Source: Octopus vulgaris (taxonomy: Eukaryota). Taken from it: 64,000 nt of DNA. A model generated the notes under the pieces. That model did not search any database and had not been told where the DNA came from. It saw only the letters and a list, made by a program, of their open reading frames with translations. Made by a program: the position numbers and the translations under genes. Of the stretch, positions 12,251 to 25,049 are shown one piece after another (position 1 is the first letter of the stretch; each line of letters starts with the position of its first letter). The stretch spans positions 124,930,001 through 124,994,000 of the forward strand of contig OX597815.1 in assembly GCA_951406725.2 (NCBI GenBank). The letters are read 5' to 3'.

Positions 12251-13183
12251 TACTTAATTGAGTCATGATGCTCTCGCTTGGAGAGGCGACTGAGGAGGAG
12301 GCTGAGTAGATAGCAAGCAGTTCATCATCACCACCAGAAGGTTTAACTAATGCATCAGGATTGCGATGAACTGGCTTCATAAGAGTTAAGTTTCAGTTGT
12401 TTAATTTGCTGATGCTGCATTCGGATAATGAGTTCCCTTAAGACTCTAAGTCGTAAATAATATTGTTGAACGTCAGTTTTCAGTTGACAAGTTAATGTAA
12501 AAATTGAGGTTATCAAAGGATTCTCGAATAACAGAGTTTGGATTTCTTGAATAATGTTTCGTCGTCTTTGTCATCCTTACTGTCTCTGTCGTCACCAACA
12601 AGAACTTCATCCATTATTTCTTCTATTAATGCTTGGTATTCAGAGTAAATCTTTGTGCAGTCTGGTCAAATTCTGGTGGTCTTCTGTGTCGTGTTTCGCA
12701 GCACCTCTTAACATTGCCAGGAAAATCTTTTGCATTGAATACTTCAAAATCGTAATCTACTACAACATTGTACGGAGGATCTTTATAAGCTTTTGGTTCG
12801 CATGTATCTACTATATTGAATATTGCAGAGTTAGGGTTCTACAGTTCTGGTTGTTACCGAGAGCTCTTTGTCCTCATATATCCTTAGTACTTTTGTCCTC
12901 TTCTATCAACAATCCAAACATTTTGTCACATTCTCTGGCAGAATACTGTTAAACTTTTACCTTTCTCAACTGGAGGATTGCGGAATTAACATTGGGTAAC
13001 AAAAAAACTGTACTTTATTTTACTATCATTACTAAGAAGCGGATGACCTCCTGAGTCAACGGGTGCGTTGTCCAAATTTAGAAAAGCTTCGTCTCATCAA
13101 AAAATGTTACAGGATATTTTTCTGCTTTTATACACTTTACAAATGAAATGCATGAAAAAAGAGTCATTAAAGATATGCATATA

Positions 13184-13598
13184 GGCGCAGGAGTAGCTGT
13201 GTGGTAAGTAGCTTGCTTACCAACCACATGGTTCCGGGTTCTGTCCCACTGCGTGGCATCTTGGGCAAATATCTTCTCCTATAGCCCCGGGCCGACCAAT
13301 GCCTTGTGAGTGGATTTGGTAGACGGAAACTGAAAGAAGCCTGTCGTATATATGCATATATATATATATATTTGTATGTGTGTGTATGTTTGTGTGTCTG
13401 TGTTTGTCCCCCTAGCATTGCTTGACAACCAATGCTGGTGTGTTTACGTCCCCGTCACCTAGCTGTTCGGCAAAAGAGACCGATAGAATAAGTACTGGGC
13501 TTACAAAGAATAAGTCCCGGGATCGATTTGCTCGACTAAAGGCGGTGCTCCAGCATGGCCGCAGTCAAATGACTGAAACAAGTAAAAGAGTAAAGAGT
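13184..13598 (+). mobile_element. tRNA-derived SINE family B, full length, with internal (TA/TG)n
   Basis: A box tagctgtgtggtaag, B box ggttctgtccc, central ccttgggcaa core, internal microsatellite, and a 3' half repeated at ~17900 and ~19260. Confidence 0.9.
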
Positions 13599-14842
13599 AT
13601 ATTGAATCATAATAACTTGGTATTGCGATAAAGCACCAGTAGATGGACCATTATGTCTTTCAAAATTTGCAAATGTACTGAGCTCTCCAATGCTATTAAC
13701 TTCAAAAGATGCATACCATCTACGTTCATACAACATAGCAGTGATGAATTGTTCTTTACTTAATCAACGCCCAAGGGTGAGCGCTTCATTTATAAACGTT
13801 TAAGGCATTCAGGATTGTGGTTTCCAATACAATCCACTTTCATCACCATTATATATTTAGGAAATACACTTAATTACGTCATCTAACTCCTCTCAGGAAG
13901 ATTCAGTTTACTTGGTCGATGCGCTTCCTACCTCATCATGAACACTTTTATTACCCATTCCGTTGCTCTAGAAGTTAACGAAATATTTGCCACTTATGCA
14001 CTATACATGTCCTTTATTATGATACCTATTTCCATCAAAATAGTCAGTTTTCTCTGTGTGTGTGAGCGAGAGAGATAGAGAGATTGTGTGAGTGTGTGTG
14101 TGCGTGCGTGCGTGCGTGCGTGTGTGTGTATGTGTGTGTGCGTGTGTGCTTGAGCAGACCCCGATAAAGATGCAGCATCTTATGGACACAGTAACATATT
14201 TCACACTATTTTCTCTAATTTCATTGACTCGCGTTTGGAGTAAAACAGTAAATTAAATTTCGTAGATGGTTATAATAAACCATTGAACTTAATGTTATCG
14301 CGGCCAGATCTATTCAACATTAAAAAGAATGCATTTTGCACGAGTTTAAACAGCAGAATTTTGTTTCAGAATACAAGAAATAAGTGATTTTTTTCCCACT
14401 TTTCCAAAGAGTTTGAATAAAATATATGTAAAACGAGATGGTTCTAATCCAGTATTTAAGACATTTATTTTATACTTTTATCGAGAATACTCTCGCTGGT
14501 TCATGATTTCTGTCACATACTTATGTAATGTATACAATTTGTAAAAGAGAGAAAAATGGAATGTTGATCTATTTCCCAAAGCCATTCGAGTCATACTTAT
14601 TTTATCAACCATCAAACAAATCAAAATCAAATTGACCTAGTTAGGTTTCGAAAATGGAATGTATAGGGTTACAAGATGCTGTTTCAGACAGCATTCCGAT
14701 TTCGATGTTTACTAAATATGTAAAGAAATATGTTTTTCAAATTAGCTTTGAAATTCTTTTGAGGCCTCGGCGTATCAATATTTATCTTTTGGGTTACAGC
14801 CCTTTATAATTGTATTGATGTCACTTTTGTATTTATGTAATA

Positions 14843-15046
14843 CTTTCAACATTTGGCACAAGGCCGGCTATTTTGGGGAATGTTTTAATCGATTATATTG
14901 ACTCCAGTGCTCAAATAGTACTTATTTTATCGACCCCCGAATGGCAAAGTCAACCTTGACGGCATTTGAACTCAGAACGCCAAACTGGAAGTAATGCCAT
15001 GTAGCATTTCATCCGGACTGTTAATGATTTTGCCAGCTCAGCGCCT
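14843..15046 (-). mobile_element. SINE family A, diverged
   Basis: Reverse-complement match to family consensus. Confidence 0.82.
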
Positions 15047-15667
15047 CGTTTGCATTTATATAATAATGAATTCTTATATTGCTCAATGGCACATGTATAT
15101 TTGAATGAAGCGATTGCGATTAACTGTCTTAGGGATACCCGGAGAGAAACCAGCCACACAGTCTTAACGTGGCTGGATTTGGACACAGAATATAAAAAAG
15201 TTGTTACTAAATAACATAAGATAATTAGTCCGATGCCAAACCGATTCTTTATCTACCACCCAACCAATAATTTCTTAATAATACACTTTCAAAGAAAGAA
15301 AATAACAGAAAGAAAGCTTTGTATAATGTCTATAAGTTGTTAGGCACTACACGATATTGAATTTAATGCCAGTTATATAAATAGCAACTTTGTATCTGCA
15401 AACTACACACTGTGCACAGATGGTTAGTAGCTAAATAGTAAGAAGCAGACGGGAATTTATTTGACCGGAAATGTCTGACAGAAGAAGTAGAAGAACCGCC
15501 CAAACGACATAATTATATATAAGAACCGAAATGAGTGCGGCGAGCAAAAATATATAAGCATAAATGTATATACTCTCCATAAAAGTTACATACTATAAAT
15601 GTTAACGTGTTATTATTGGATATTTTCCTTACCTTTTAATATTTCCAGACTTTGTACTTGAAAGATC

Positions 15668-15749
<82 letters not shown>

Positions 15750-15778
15750 ATTATTGTTGACTTATCTTATATTTAACT

Positions 15779-15824
<46 letters not shown>

Positions 15825-17406
15825 ATTTCATTACCGTTCATATATATTTTATTTATATTTAACTTAAATATTTTCTTTCAACTGCCCATTTTTTGCACAC
15901 ATGTAAATACGCACGCAGACACGTAGACACGCACACACCATTAATATGTGGCCAATATATGTGAGCGGTGATGTGGAGTGTCCGAAAATATGTAACTTAA
16001 TGGCTAACAATTAAGGTTTTAATAAAAGGCTGAGTTTCACACAACTTGCCTAGCACGAAACTGAACTGTGTTAGGTAGAAAGTAAGAAAAAGAAGGCAAC
16101 TGGTATTTTAGCTGCCATCATATGATTCGTGTCGTAAGATGTCCCCTTTATGTGGCACATTGAAGATTGAAAACACGGTTGTGACGAGAACTTTTCACTA
16201 TACAGACATGTATGTGGTCTTCGAAATTGTTCCAGGTCTTGTCATAGGTCTCTATGTACGACTCTGTTTGTGTTTATTAAAATAAATAAAAAATTATCAG
16301 CTTTTTAGAATCAAAGCTCCGGATATTTCAAGTGTAATGCTACTCAAATGTTTCATTAACAATGCTTGCATGCATTATGTTCTTTGCAACATTCCGCTCC
16401 TCGTTTCCGTTGTTTGCTGTTTTATTTCTCCCTCCGTTTCTATTCTTTCATCCTCCTCTTTGGCTAGTTTTCGGTCTTCTTATCGCTCTCCACTCTTCTT
16501 CACTCTCTCTGATTTTTTCCATAATCTTCCTTTCTACAAGTACTTTTATTGTTATTTATTCCATCCACTCTTCTATTCACTCTGTTCATTGTGTCCTTCA
16601 TCTACGGTTTTTTACCTCGTTGACAAGCCAATGTCCTGTCCTAAGCATTTCCTATATAAACACTCTCATTTTGTTTGTTTCCTTGTACTTCAGTCGAAAA
16701 TCTAACAGCTCGTTCAGTATTTTCATTAATTGCCCTGCTTGTCGGGGTAAAAATGCTGCTTTCTATATCCTATTTGCTGAGTCCAAAAACTGAAATTGTC
16801 GTACATAATATATTTTTCGCATATTACTGTTTGCCTTCACTATACATATCCCTAATAGATTTTACGTTACATCTACTGGCATGTTGAAGTTTGCGGCTTT
16901 GTAGCTAAACTCACGAAAGTTGCTGAACATCTGATGAGGGGATATACGTATGTGTGTCCTTGCTTTTCTCGTCTATTTCTTCGTTTTCCCTGTACTTTGG
17001 TGATTCACACGCGCTCACACATACATATGTATGTATGCATGAGTTCATTTATGTAATGTATGTATGTATGTAATGTATGTATGTATGTATGTATGTGTGT
17101 GTATAATTAGAAACCTCATGCTAGACGAGAGGAAGTAAATGCTATTAGCTTGTCCTTTAAGGTTGTTATATGTACTAATTTATAAGATTATGATGCTCAC
17201 AGACGCTTAGATACAAACGATAACATGGTCTATGCATATTATGACTAGAATAAGGTTCGACTCCTGTAGCATGTGTGAGGGAGGGTTTGCTAACTTTTTC
17301 GGTCATTTGCTGCATTTGTAAATGCTTATTTTATTTTTATATTCTGAAAAATAGCCTTAGGTGTGTCCTACACAGTGACTAATATGGAAAGCAAATTAAG
17401 TGACAC

Positions 17407-17462
<56 letters not shown>

Positions 17463-17619
17463 GGTAGATATAGATATACACTTAAGTTTGTCAAGTATAT
17501 AGGATGTAAAACTCTGATGTCTTTGTTTAATTTTTCTCCTGTAAACATTTTATACCCACAAAAACGATTCTGACCTAAACGTTGTATTCTCTACTCCCTA
17601 CACTAATTTCATTGTACGC

Positions 17620-17650
<31 letters not shown>

Positions 17651-17699
17651 CATACATACATACATACATACAGACATGTATGCTTCAACTTTCGCATCT

Positions 17700-18088
17700 T
17701 GTGGCTGTGTGCTAGGGAGTTTGCTTCTCAACCATATAGTTCACTCCCACTGCGTGGCACCTTGAGCAGATGTCACCTACTATAGCTTCGGACCGACCAA
17801 AGCCTTGTGAGTGGATATGGTAGACGGAAACTGAAAGAACCCCGTGGAGCGCGCACGCATGTGTGTGTGCGTGTGTATGTTCATGTTTTTTTAGTCTGTG
17901 TCTGATCCCCTACCATCGCTCGACAATCAGTGTTAGTGTGTTTGCGCCTCCATAACTTATTGGTTCGGCAAAAGAGACCGATAGAATACGTACCAGATTT
18001 ATAAAAAGAACAAATAAGTGCAGGAGTCGCTTCATTCGACAAAAATTCTTCATGGCTGCAGTCCAATGATTGAAAGCAAGTAAAAGAT
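17700..18088 (+). mobile_element. SINE family B, diverged
   Basis: cccactgcgtggcaccttgagc..ggtagacggaaactgaaagaa..ggttcggcaaaagagaccgatagaata. Confidence 0.85.
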
Positions 18089-18524
18089 TTATTGTTGTCA
18101 TAATTTATTTTTGTTATAAAACATTTATTAGAATACCATTAAGAATAAAGGTATAATCTCTAATGTATGATATAGAAAGGGATAAAAGAAAAAGAAAAGA
18201 GAAGAAAGGAAGACAAATTAGTGATAATAATGGTATTAGGAGATGCTTGTTCTAAATATGAAAGAAATTTACGTAAGTAATGGGTGTAGTTTCTAATAAT
18301 ATGTAAGGACTGTTTAGGACTGTTTGGAAAACTGCTGTCATTGTCATTGTTATCGTCTGTGATGAAATAATCTTTGAAAGATACACTCATATATCCGCAG
18401 GGTTTTGGTGCTAAAATAATTCTAAAACAATTTGTTTTAATTGAAAGAGCGAAAAAAAAAGAAAAGGAACTAAACAATGGTTAAATATTAAACATGAATG
18501 TAAAAGATAAAGCAATATGAACTA

Positions 18525-18692
18525 GGTGTAGGAGTGGCTGTGTGGTAAGTAGCTTGCTTACAACCACATAGTTCCGGATTCATTCCCACTGCGTGGCACC
18601 TTGGGCAAGTATCTTCTACTGTAGCCTCGGGTCGACCAAAACCTTGTGAGTGGATTTGGTAGACGGAAATTGAAAGAAGCCCGTCGTATATA

Positions 18693-18733
<41 letters not shown>

Positions 18734-19485
18734 TTACATAAGGCCAACGAGGGTACGGACGTCGCTATATATATTTTATATTCTCTCTCTTCTATCACGT
18801 AACCGCTGGTCAAAATCAGCCTTTTGGCCTCCGACCACTGCCGTGAGAACATCGTTGTCTTCGTCTGCCGATAAAGGCATTATTTCAAATACGCCAGCTA
18901 AACTTGTACTGTTTATTAGTCGTAAGACACCCGCTGTTTTTGTCCTGTTTTTACCATTATTGTTTTTTGTATTTTATATTCGTGTGGCATCGTCCGTTTT
19001 TCTGTCCCTGTTTCGTATACATTCGATCCTTCTTCCAAGAAATCTAATGCTCGTAGCTTAGTTTTTCCTTGGGGCTGGCCGGATCGGAGCGATCTCAAGA
19101 TTAATCAGCCGAAATTGCTAGAATGATCCGGTTCTTGACTGAAGATAGAAGGCTTCGAGTGTCCCGTCCGTGTTTTTTGTATCGTCTTCTAAATGTTTTA
19201 CGTTTTTGTCCCAGTTTGTATTATTCTACATATAAAATATATATATATGTATGTGGGTATGTGTTTGTGTGTCTGCGTTTGCTCCCCCAACATCGCTTGA
19301 CAACCGATGCTGGTGTGTTTACGTCCCGTTACTTAGCGGTTCGGCAAAAGAGACCGATAGAATAAGTACTAGGCTTCCAAAGAATAAGTCCTGAGGTCGA
19401 TTTGCTCGATCGACTAAGGGCGGTGCTCCAGCATGGCCACAGTCAAATGACTGAAACATGTAAAAGAGTAAAGGGTAAAAAGAGT
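18525..19485 (+). mobile_element. SINE family B split by an insertion in its internal (TA)n
   Basis: 5' half 18525-18690 and 3' half ~19235-19485 are colinear with the copy at 13184, and ~500 bp of unrelated sequence lies between them. Confidence 0.88.
18730..19230 (+). mobile_element. Non-coding (TA)n-inserted element carrying a structured hammerhead-like motif (possibly a Penelope-type terminus)
   Basis: Flanked by TA repeats inside a SINE, pyrimidine-rich, and contains four complementary pairings plus GAAA and CTGAAGA cores at 19073-19145. Confidence 0.6.
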
Positions 19486-20045
19486 AATAAGTATTAATGT
19501 ATAAGGGACGTACATACACTATTGTAAATATGTAACTATATATTTAGGATTATGCCAGAGGAAAGTAAAATTAGGGAGACAGAACGTCGAGTGTGGGATT
19601 GGATGTAAATCCAAACGGTCAGCCTTGGTGCATATTGTGCAGACGAATTACATTTGTTCATGGAATACTCATCCATACAACAACTAGGCATTTCGGTTGC
19701 TCAAAGAGCTAGAATACTCATCGTCAAGACTGGTGCAGGTCCATCTATATCATATATATGTTCGTAGGTGGGATAAAACGTTGTAATGCTTGAGAAGGTT
19801 GTCAGCCATATGAGATTAATCTGTGATGGTTCAAATTCTTGCTTTTAGCTCATTCTCTTTGTCCCTTAATGCCGATAAGATAAACAAACGTCAGCCTCTT
19901 TTGATCAATTATTGATTGCTATTCCTTAACAGTAAGTGATCTACTTCATTAGTGTGAGACAAATGGATATTTGCCCTGTATTTATCCGACGTGCATATTT
20001 GTATTTATACATGTGTATATACGTGTGTGTATGAGTATGTGTATG

Positions 20046-20048
<3 letters not shown>

Positions 20049-20139
<91 letters not shown>
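20049..20139. repeat. (GT)n microsatellite
   Basis: Direct reading. Confidence 0.97.
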
Positions 20140-20143
<4 letters not shown>

Positions 20144-20358
20144 TGTGCCTTATACTTGCAGGAAAATACAAGAAGCCGTTTTCCTGTTAATTGGTTTCAT
20201 GAAGCAAGGTAACTTTGTGCTTTTGATTGTTTTTATTTAGGAGAAAAAGAGTGTTAATTTATCGTGAATAAGTAAAGGAATTATAGCGAAAGGGAAATGG
20301 ATCGAAACCGCTTGGGTGTTCAGAAAAATCTCGTCCTGCAAAGTTCAGCATGTTTCCA

Positions 20359-21510
20359 TTCTTTTTTCTTTCTGTTCCTCTTTCTCTTTACATACATACG
20401 CACACACACACACACATATATATACATACAAACATACAAACATATATACATACATACACATATACATCTATATATTGACATATATATATATGTATGTATG
20501 TATGCATGTGTGTGTGTATGTGTATTAGATACCTGAATTTTTTATATTTTAAGTGTGAGAAATAGAATGTCCTTTTGCAAGAACATTAGCTTTGAGTGAT
20601 TCCAGATATGAATCTCAACCGAATTCAAGTGTCAAAGACATATCTGAAGGGGTCGACAGTTTTCGTCTGTTAAATTTCAATCATAAGGATTTAGTTAAAG
20701 GCACATAGTGTCCAATGTGTCACACTTTGGGATCGAACTTAGATTCTCCAGACTGTGAAGTGACCTAATAAATACACGAATAAACGCCCATATATACTAA
20801 TTTTACTAGCAACTGCTTGTAAAGTGAGATTTAAAACGGACATTTTAGTATCATTCTCTGTTACAACATCTTTCTACCATTAAAAAGGTATACAATAAAA
20901 TTAAATGGTAACATTTGTAAATTTTGATAAAACTAACATCTTTGGTTCTTATTGAAATCGTATCAGTTATAAACAGAACAATCTCTGATTGTCGAAAGAA
21001 AACTTAAATAAAAGCAACTTCAAATAAGACAGCTTGAAAATCTAAAAGCTTTCACGCCTACAAAAGGCAGTCAAACATATACACACACAAAAAAGTCCAA
21101 ATAAACAGTGAATATAAAACGGACTAAATGGCTGTCAAAATTAATTAACAAAAGTAAATCTCGACAATATAAGAAATATCAAACAGTTGCTATTCAAATA
21201 GAAATATATAAATATAAAACTAAATAAGATGATATGAATAACAAACGATTCAAAAGTTGTAGTGAAAAAGAAAACTGCAAGATGTGAGCAATAACGAATG
21301 AAATTCATTTGATGAAACGTTTACCAAAACATATGGCTCAACAGAAACAACAAACATGCAACCCTGCTTTACAAAATTTATTCTAAACAAAACTTAGTAA
21401 AATGGCTACATTCAGCAATAATGTACAACATTACCCTAAACGTACACACATGCCGACAAAAATTTCGTATCCATACATATATTACAGACATAATACACAT
21501 ACACACACAC

Positions 21511-21545
<35 letters not shown>

Positions 21546-21675
21546 TATATATGTCAATATATATATGTATATGTGTATGTATGTATATATGTTTGTATGT
21601 TTGTATGTATATATATGTGTGTGTGTGTGTGCGTATGTATGTAAAGAGAAAGAGGAAGAGAAAGAAAAAAAAGAA
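20359..21675. repeat. Inverted duplication of a complex microsatellite block (20359-20527 vs 21491-21675)
   Basis: Identical irregular sequence, for example tctctttacatacatacgcacac..catacaaacatacaaacatatatac..atattgacata, present in reverse complement about 1 kb away. Confidence 0.88.
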
Positions 21676-22579
21676 AGAGGAGGAAGAGAGAGATTATTTA
21701 GCCATATGATATATAGTATCTCTCGGTTGTCTGTAATTGCAACTCGAGTTCGACTCCAGGTTGCCCTTCTGTTTAATTTGTTAATACCCATGCGAAAGAA
21801 TAAATGTCCCAACTACCCTTCCTTGCATCCGGAAATCAATAAGGCTAATCTTAGTTTGGTGACTATTTCTAATCACAATAGCTCAAACAGTGCTTTCTAG
21901 TCAATCGAGCAATGCTAGATAGAAATAAATATTTTTCCACTCTTTGCAAATAGCTGACAGGCGGTTAATATTCCCTTCTTTCTAAGAAAAGTCTTCATTT
22001 AGGCAATCAAAAAATATTTCTTAAAGGTAATACATTCATTAAATAATGTAAGAAACATCTCAAATGTAGGTTAAGGATGTTGAGGAAGGAGATGACTTCA
22101 CATAATTACCAACTTATCTTACGCAATTTTTTGTAAGTTTGCTAACAGACTGTGCTGCTTTTTGACTTGTTTTCGCTATCTTATTATAAGTGACAATTAT
22201 TGTAACTTGCGGACTTATGCTCATCCGGCTCTCCAGCCTACGACACGTGGCTTCCCATTAGTAATACAGCTGCATTAGACGCAGGGCAATTTTTTGATAG
22301 TGCGTCTTATACGGCAAGAAACACGTTAATTTAAGATGTGACTTATTAAATCACATGTTCAGCATGTTCAGTGGAGTAATTTTCCACTTATCGCGCCACT
22401 GTAGGTTGCAGAAGTACGAAGTCGATGTACTAAATTAATGATGAGTTTTTAATAACCTAAACTGCCAAGATGCCATAAGAACAATAGGCAATAAATACTG
22501 TTTGTGTGAACACATGCATATACTTCTATGCACATGTATAAACATTCATAGAAATCAATGTGTAAATTTGCATGTTATA

Positions 22580-22752
22580 AGTGGTATTTCGCCCGTCGCT
22601 ACGTTCTGAGTTCAAATTCCGCCGAGGTTGACTTTACCTTTCATCCTTTCGGAGTCAATAAATTAAGTACCAGTGAAACACTGGAGTCACTGTAATCCAC
22701 TAGTCCCCCTCCCGCCAAATTTCAAGTCTTGTGCCTTTAGCAGAAAGGATTG
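22580..22752 (+). mobile_element. 5'-truncated SINE family A
   Basis: gttctgagttcaaattccgccgaggttgactttacctttcatcctttcgg. Confidence 0.88.
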
Positions 22753-23344
22753 CTACTGATTTGGTCTGAAGAAAGGTTCTGTGCCAAAGCCTTCCGAGAT
22801 GGATTAGACAAGTGGATACCATTAACGTTCCGTTTAATTGATGGCTGCTGGAAAAACATATATAAAAAGGGAGTTCTAATTCTAACCCTAACCTTAACTC
22901 TAAGGACTGCGCTAGAAAGATATTAGAGAAGAGGGATTAAACATGTCCAGCAAGCTTCGTTTCAGTTTGTGGCATTTAGAGAAGTGTAGTGTATGTCGGT
23001 GCAATGTAAGGTCACGACAACCCATGGACCAGATGGTGGTGTTAAACCCAACACATGTCTAGAAGTATTTAAGTTATGTATTCATGTATACATATGAATA
23101 TATCTATACGTAGAAAAATCTCAAGAAGCAATCAAAAATATTATGCTGAACCAAAGAGAAAAAAATCCAATGATACTTATTCAAGATGTTATTAATAGAT
23201 GTAGACGAACATTCTTGAAGGAAAAAATATCAAAACGAAATCTGCTTTTTTATAGTTCTTTGCTTATTTATGTTCCTAATTGCTTTCTATTTCCATATCT
23301 GTGTTATTTAATTTTTACTTTGTATATATTTGTTATGGCCGTTC

Positions 23345-23800
23345 TTATAGAGGTGTAGGCTGTGGTGGTGGTAGCTGTGGTAGTGATAATTGTAAGTTGA
23401 ATAACTGCAGTGGTGGTAATGGTAATGGTAATGGTGGTGGAGGAATAAATGGTTATTGTTGTCGTGGTTATTCGGGTAGTGCTAGTTGCTATGATGTAAG
23501 ACACTATCGTGGAAGTTGTTGTTGTAGAGATGGTGGTAGACACAATGGTAGTGATTGTAATTAAAATGGAAGTTTTGAGGAAAAGGAAGTCGTCTTCACG
23601 ACGCGATTATGGTGGCTTTAGTAGAAGAGATTATGGTGAAAATTGTGATGAACGTGGGAGGAGGTTGCATTTGTGAGGTCGATGTGAAAGTTGCATTTGT
23701 TGTCACTGTTATTGTGATCACCGTGAAGCTGCCGTAGATGTGGTCCTTATTATTGATTATTATTGGCATGTTATCAACTATGGTGTGATACTGTCGTTAT
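23345..23800. repeat. GGT/GTT-rich low-complexity degenerate trinucleotide tract
   Basis: Direct reading. It produces spurious Gly/Cys- and Thr-rich ORFs. Confidence 0.75.
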
Positions 23801-25049
23801 TGCTGTTGCGTCCTCAACTTTACCCTCACTGAGCGGACGTGATGAAAGCAACCCAACTAGAATCACCCCGTCTTTTTATATAACTGACTACATGTGTCCT
23901 CTTCTAAAATGGTAGGGCAATTTGGGAGAAGGAGAATTTGGCTGTAATATCTAGTGAATCGAAAGACCAGGTAGATGCTCCCTTGCTAGTGTCTGTGGTA
24001 ATAGTTGTTAGATGGCGACATTTGTTGTGAATATTGTGATGGCAGTGACAGTTGTGGTGGTGTTTGTTGCGATGGAGAGTGTTACGTAAGTTGGACAGAA
24101 TTGTCAACATGTTACAGAAGAATCAGAAAGATGTAAGGATTATTCATGTTGATGGCAATTTTGGTTATAGTTTATGGCAAAGATGGATGGTACTGGGGTG
24201 GATATTTTCATGGTTAATATTTTATCATTTAGACCAAGGTCAAAGCTGATCGAATAGATATATGGTTGCTGTTGTGACCATCATATATCTTAGAATATCA
24301 AGGACTACACTGTCCAAAGTATCGCTCTGTTAAATCTAAAAGTGTTTGCTTGTACTTATTGAACCTTTATGATTGTAGCAAAGTTATTCAGTGTTTGAGA
24401 CATAGACATGAAGACCAATATTTTCTATCGCTTTCTCTAATCATGTAGGAAGGTGACAGTATCTGAGATATGGAACTGCGAAGAAAGGGATGCTATCAGT
24501 ATAATCTATGTTTGTTATTGCTGTACTTGGGTGGTGAAGGGAAAAGGATTTTATTGCAATGAAACCAAGTTCTTTAATTTTGTCGAGGGAGAAGTAGAAA
24601 ATCTATAAAACCTGCGGCTAAGCTAAGGCATTCTTCATGCAATCACTGGTGCCGTTACAAAAGGAGAGGGGGGAAAAGAAAGAGAGACATGCATTTTCTG
24701 GACATTGATGGAGAGCTAAGCAAGAACTCTTAGATAATACATTCCTCTGGACATCCCAACATAAATATACAAAAGGTGGTCATCCAGAAAACCCTTCCTC
24801 GATCAACACTGTATGGCCACATGTTATTGTCCTATTCTTCCCGCAAACGCTATGCACGAATGTGATCGGTGGCGAGACCGATTCAAGCAAAGACAGTGCA
24901 ATCTCGAATAGATGAGGATCTGAAAGAGGTTTAGAATGTAACATCAGGAAAGGTAAAGTATGGTCCTCGGAGTTTTTCGCATGCAATAAATCGATAGTCT
25001 ACAAAGTGCACATCATTAGAAGAAAAGGTTGTGTAGATACCAGTAAAAG

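Noticed and set aside
22883-22905. Interstitial telomeric repeat
   Set aside because: Only about three imperfect CCCTAA-like units.
23280-23564. Gly/Cys-rich or Thr-rich (mucin-like) proteins
   Set aside because: Explained by a degenerate GGT/ACC trinucleotide tract.
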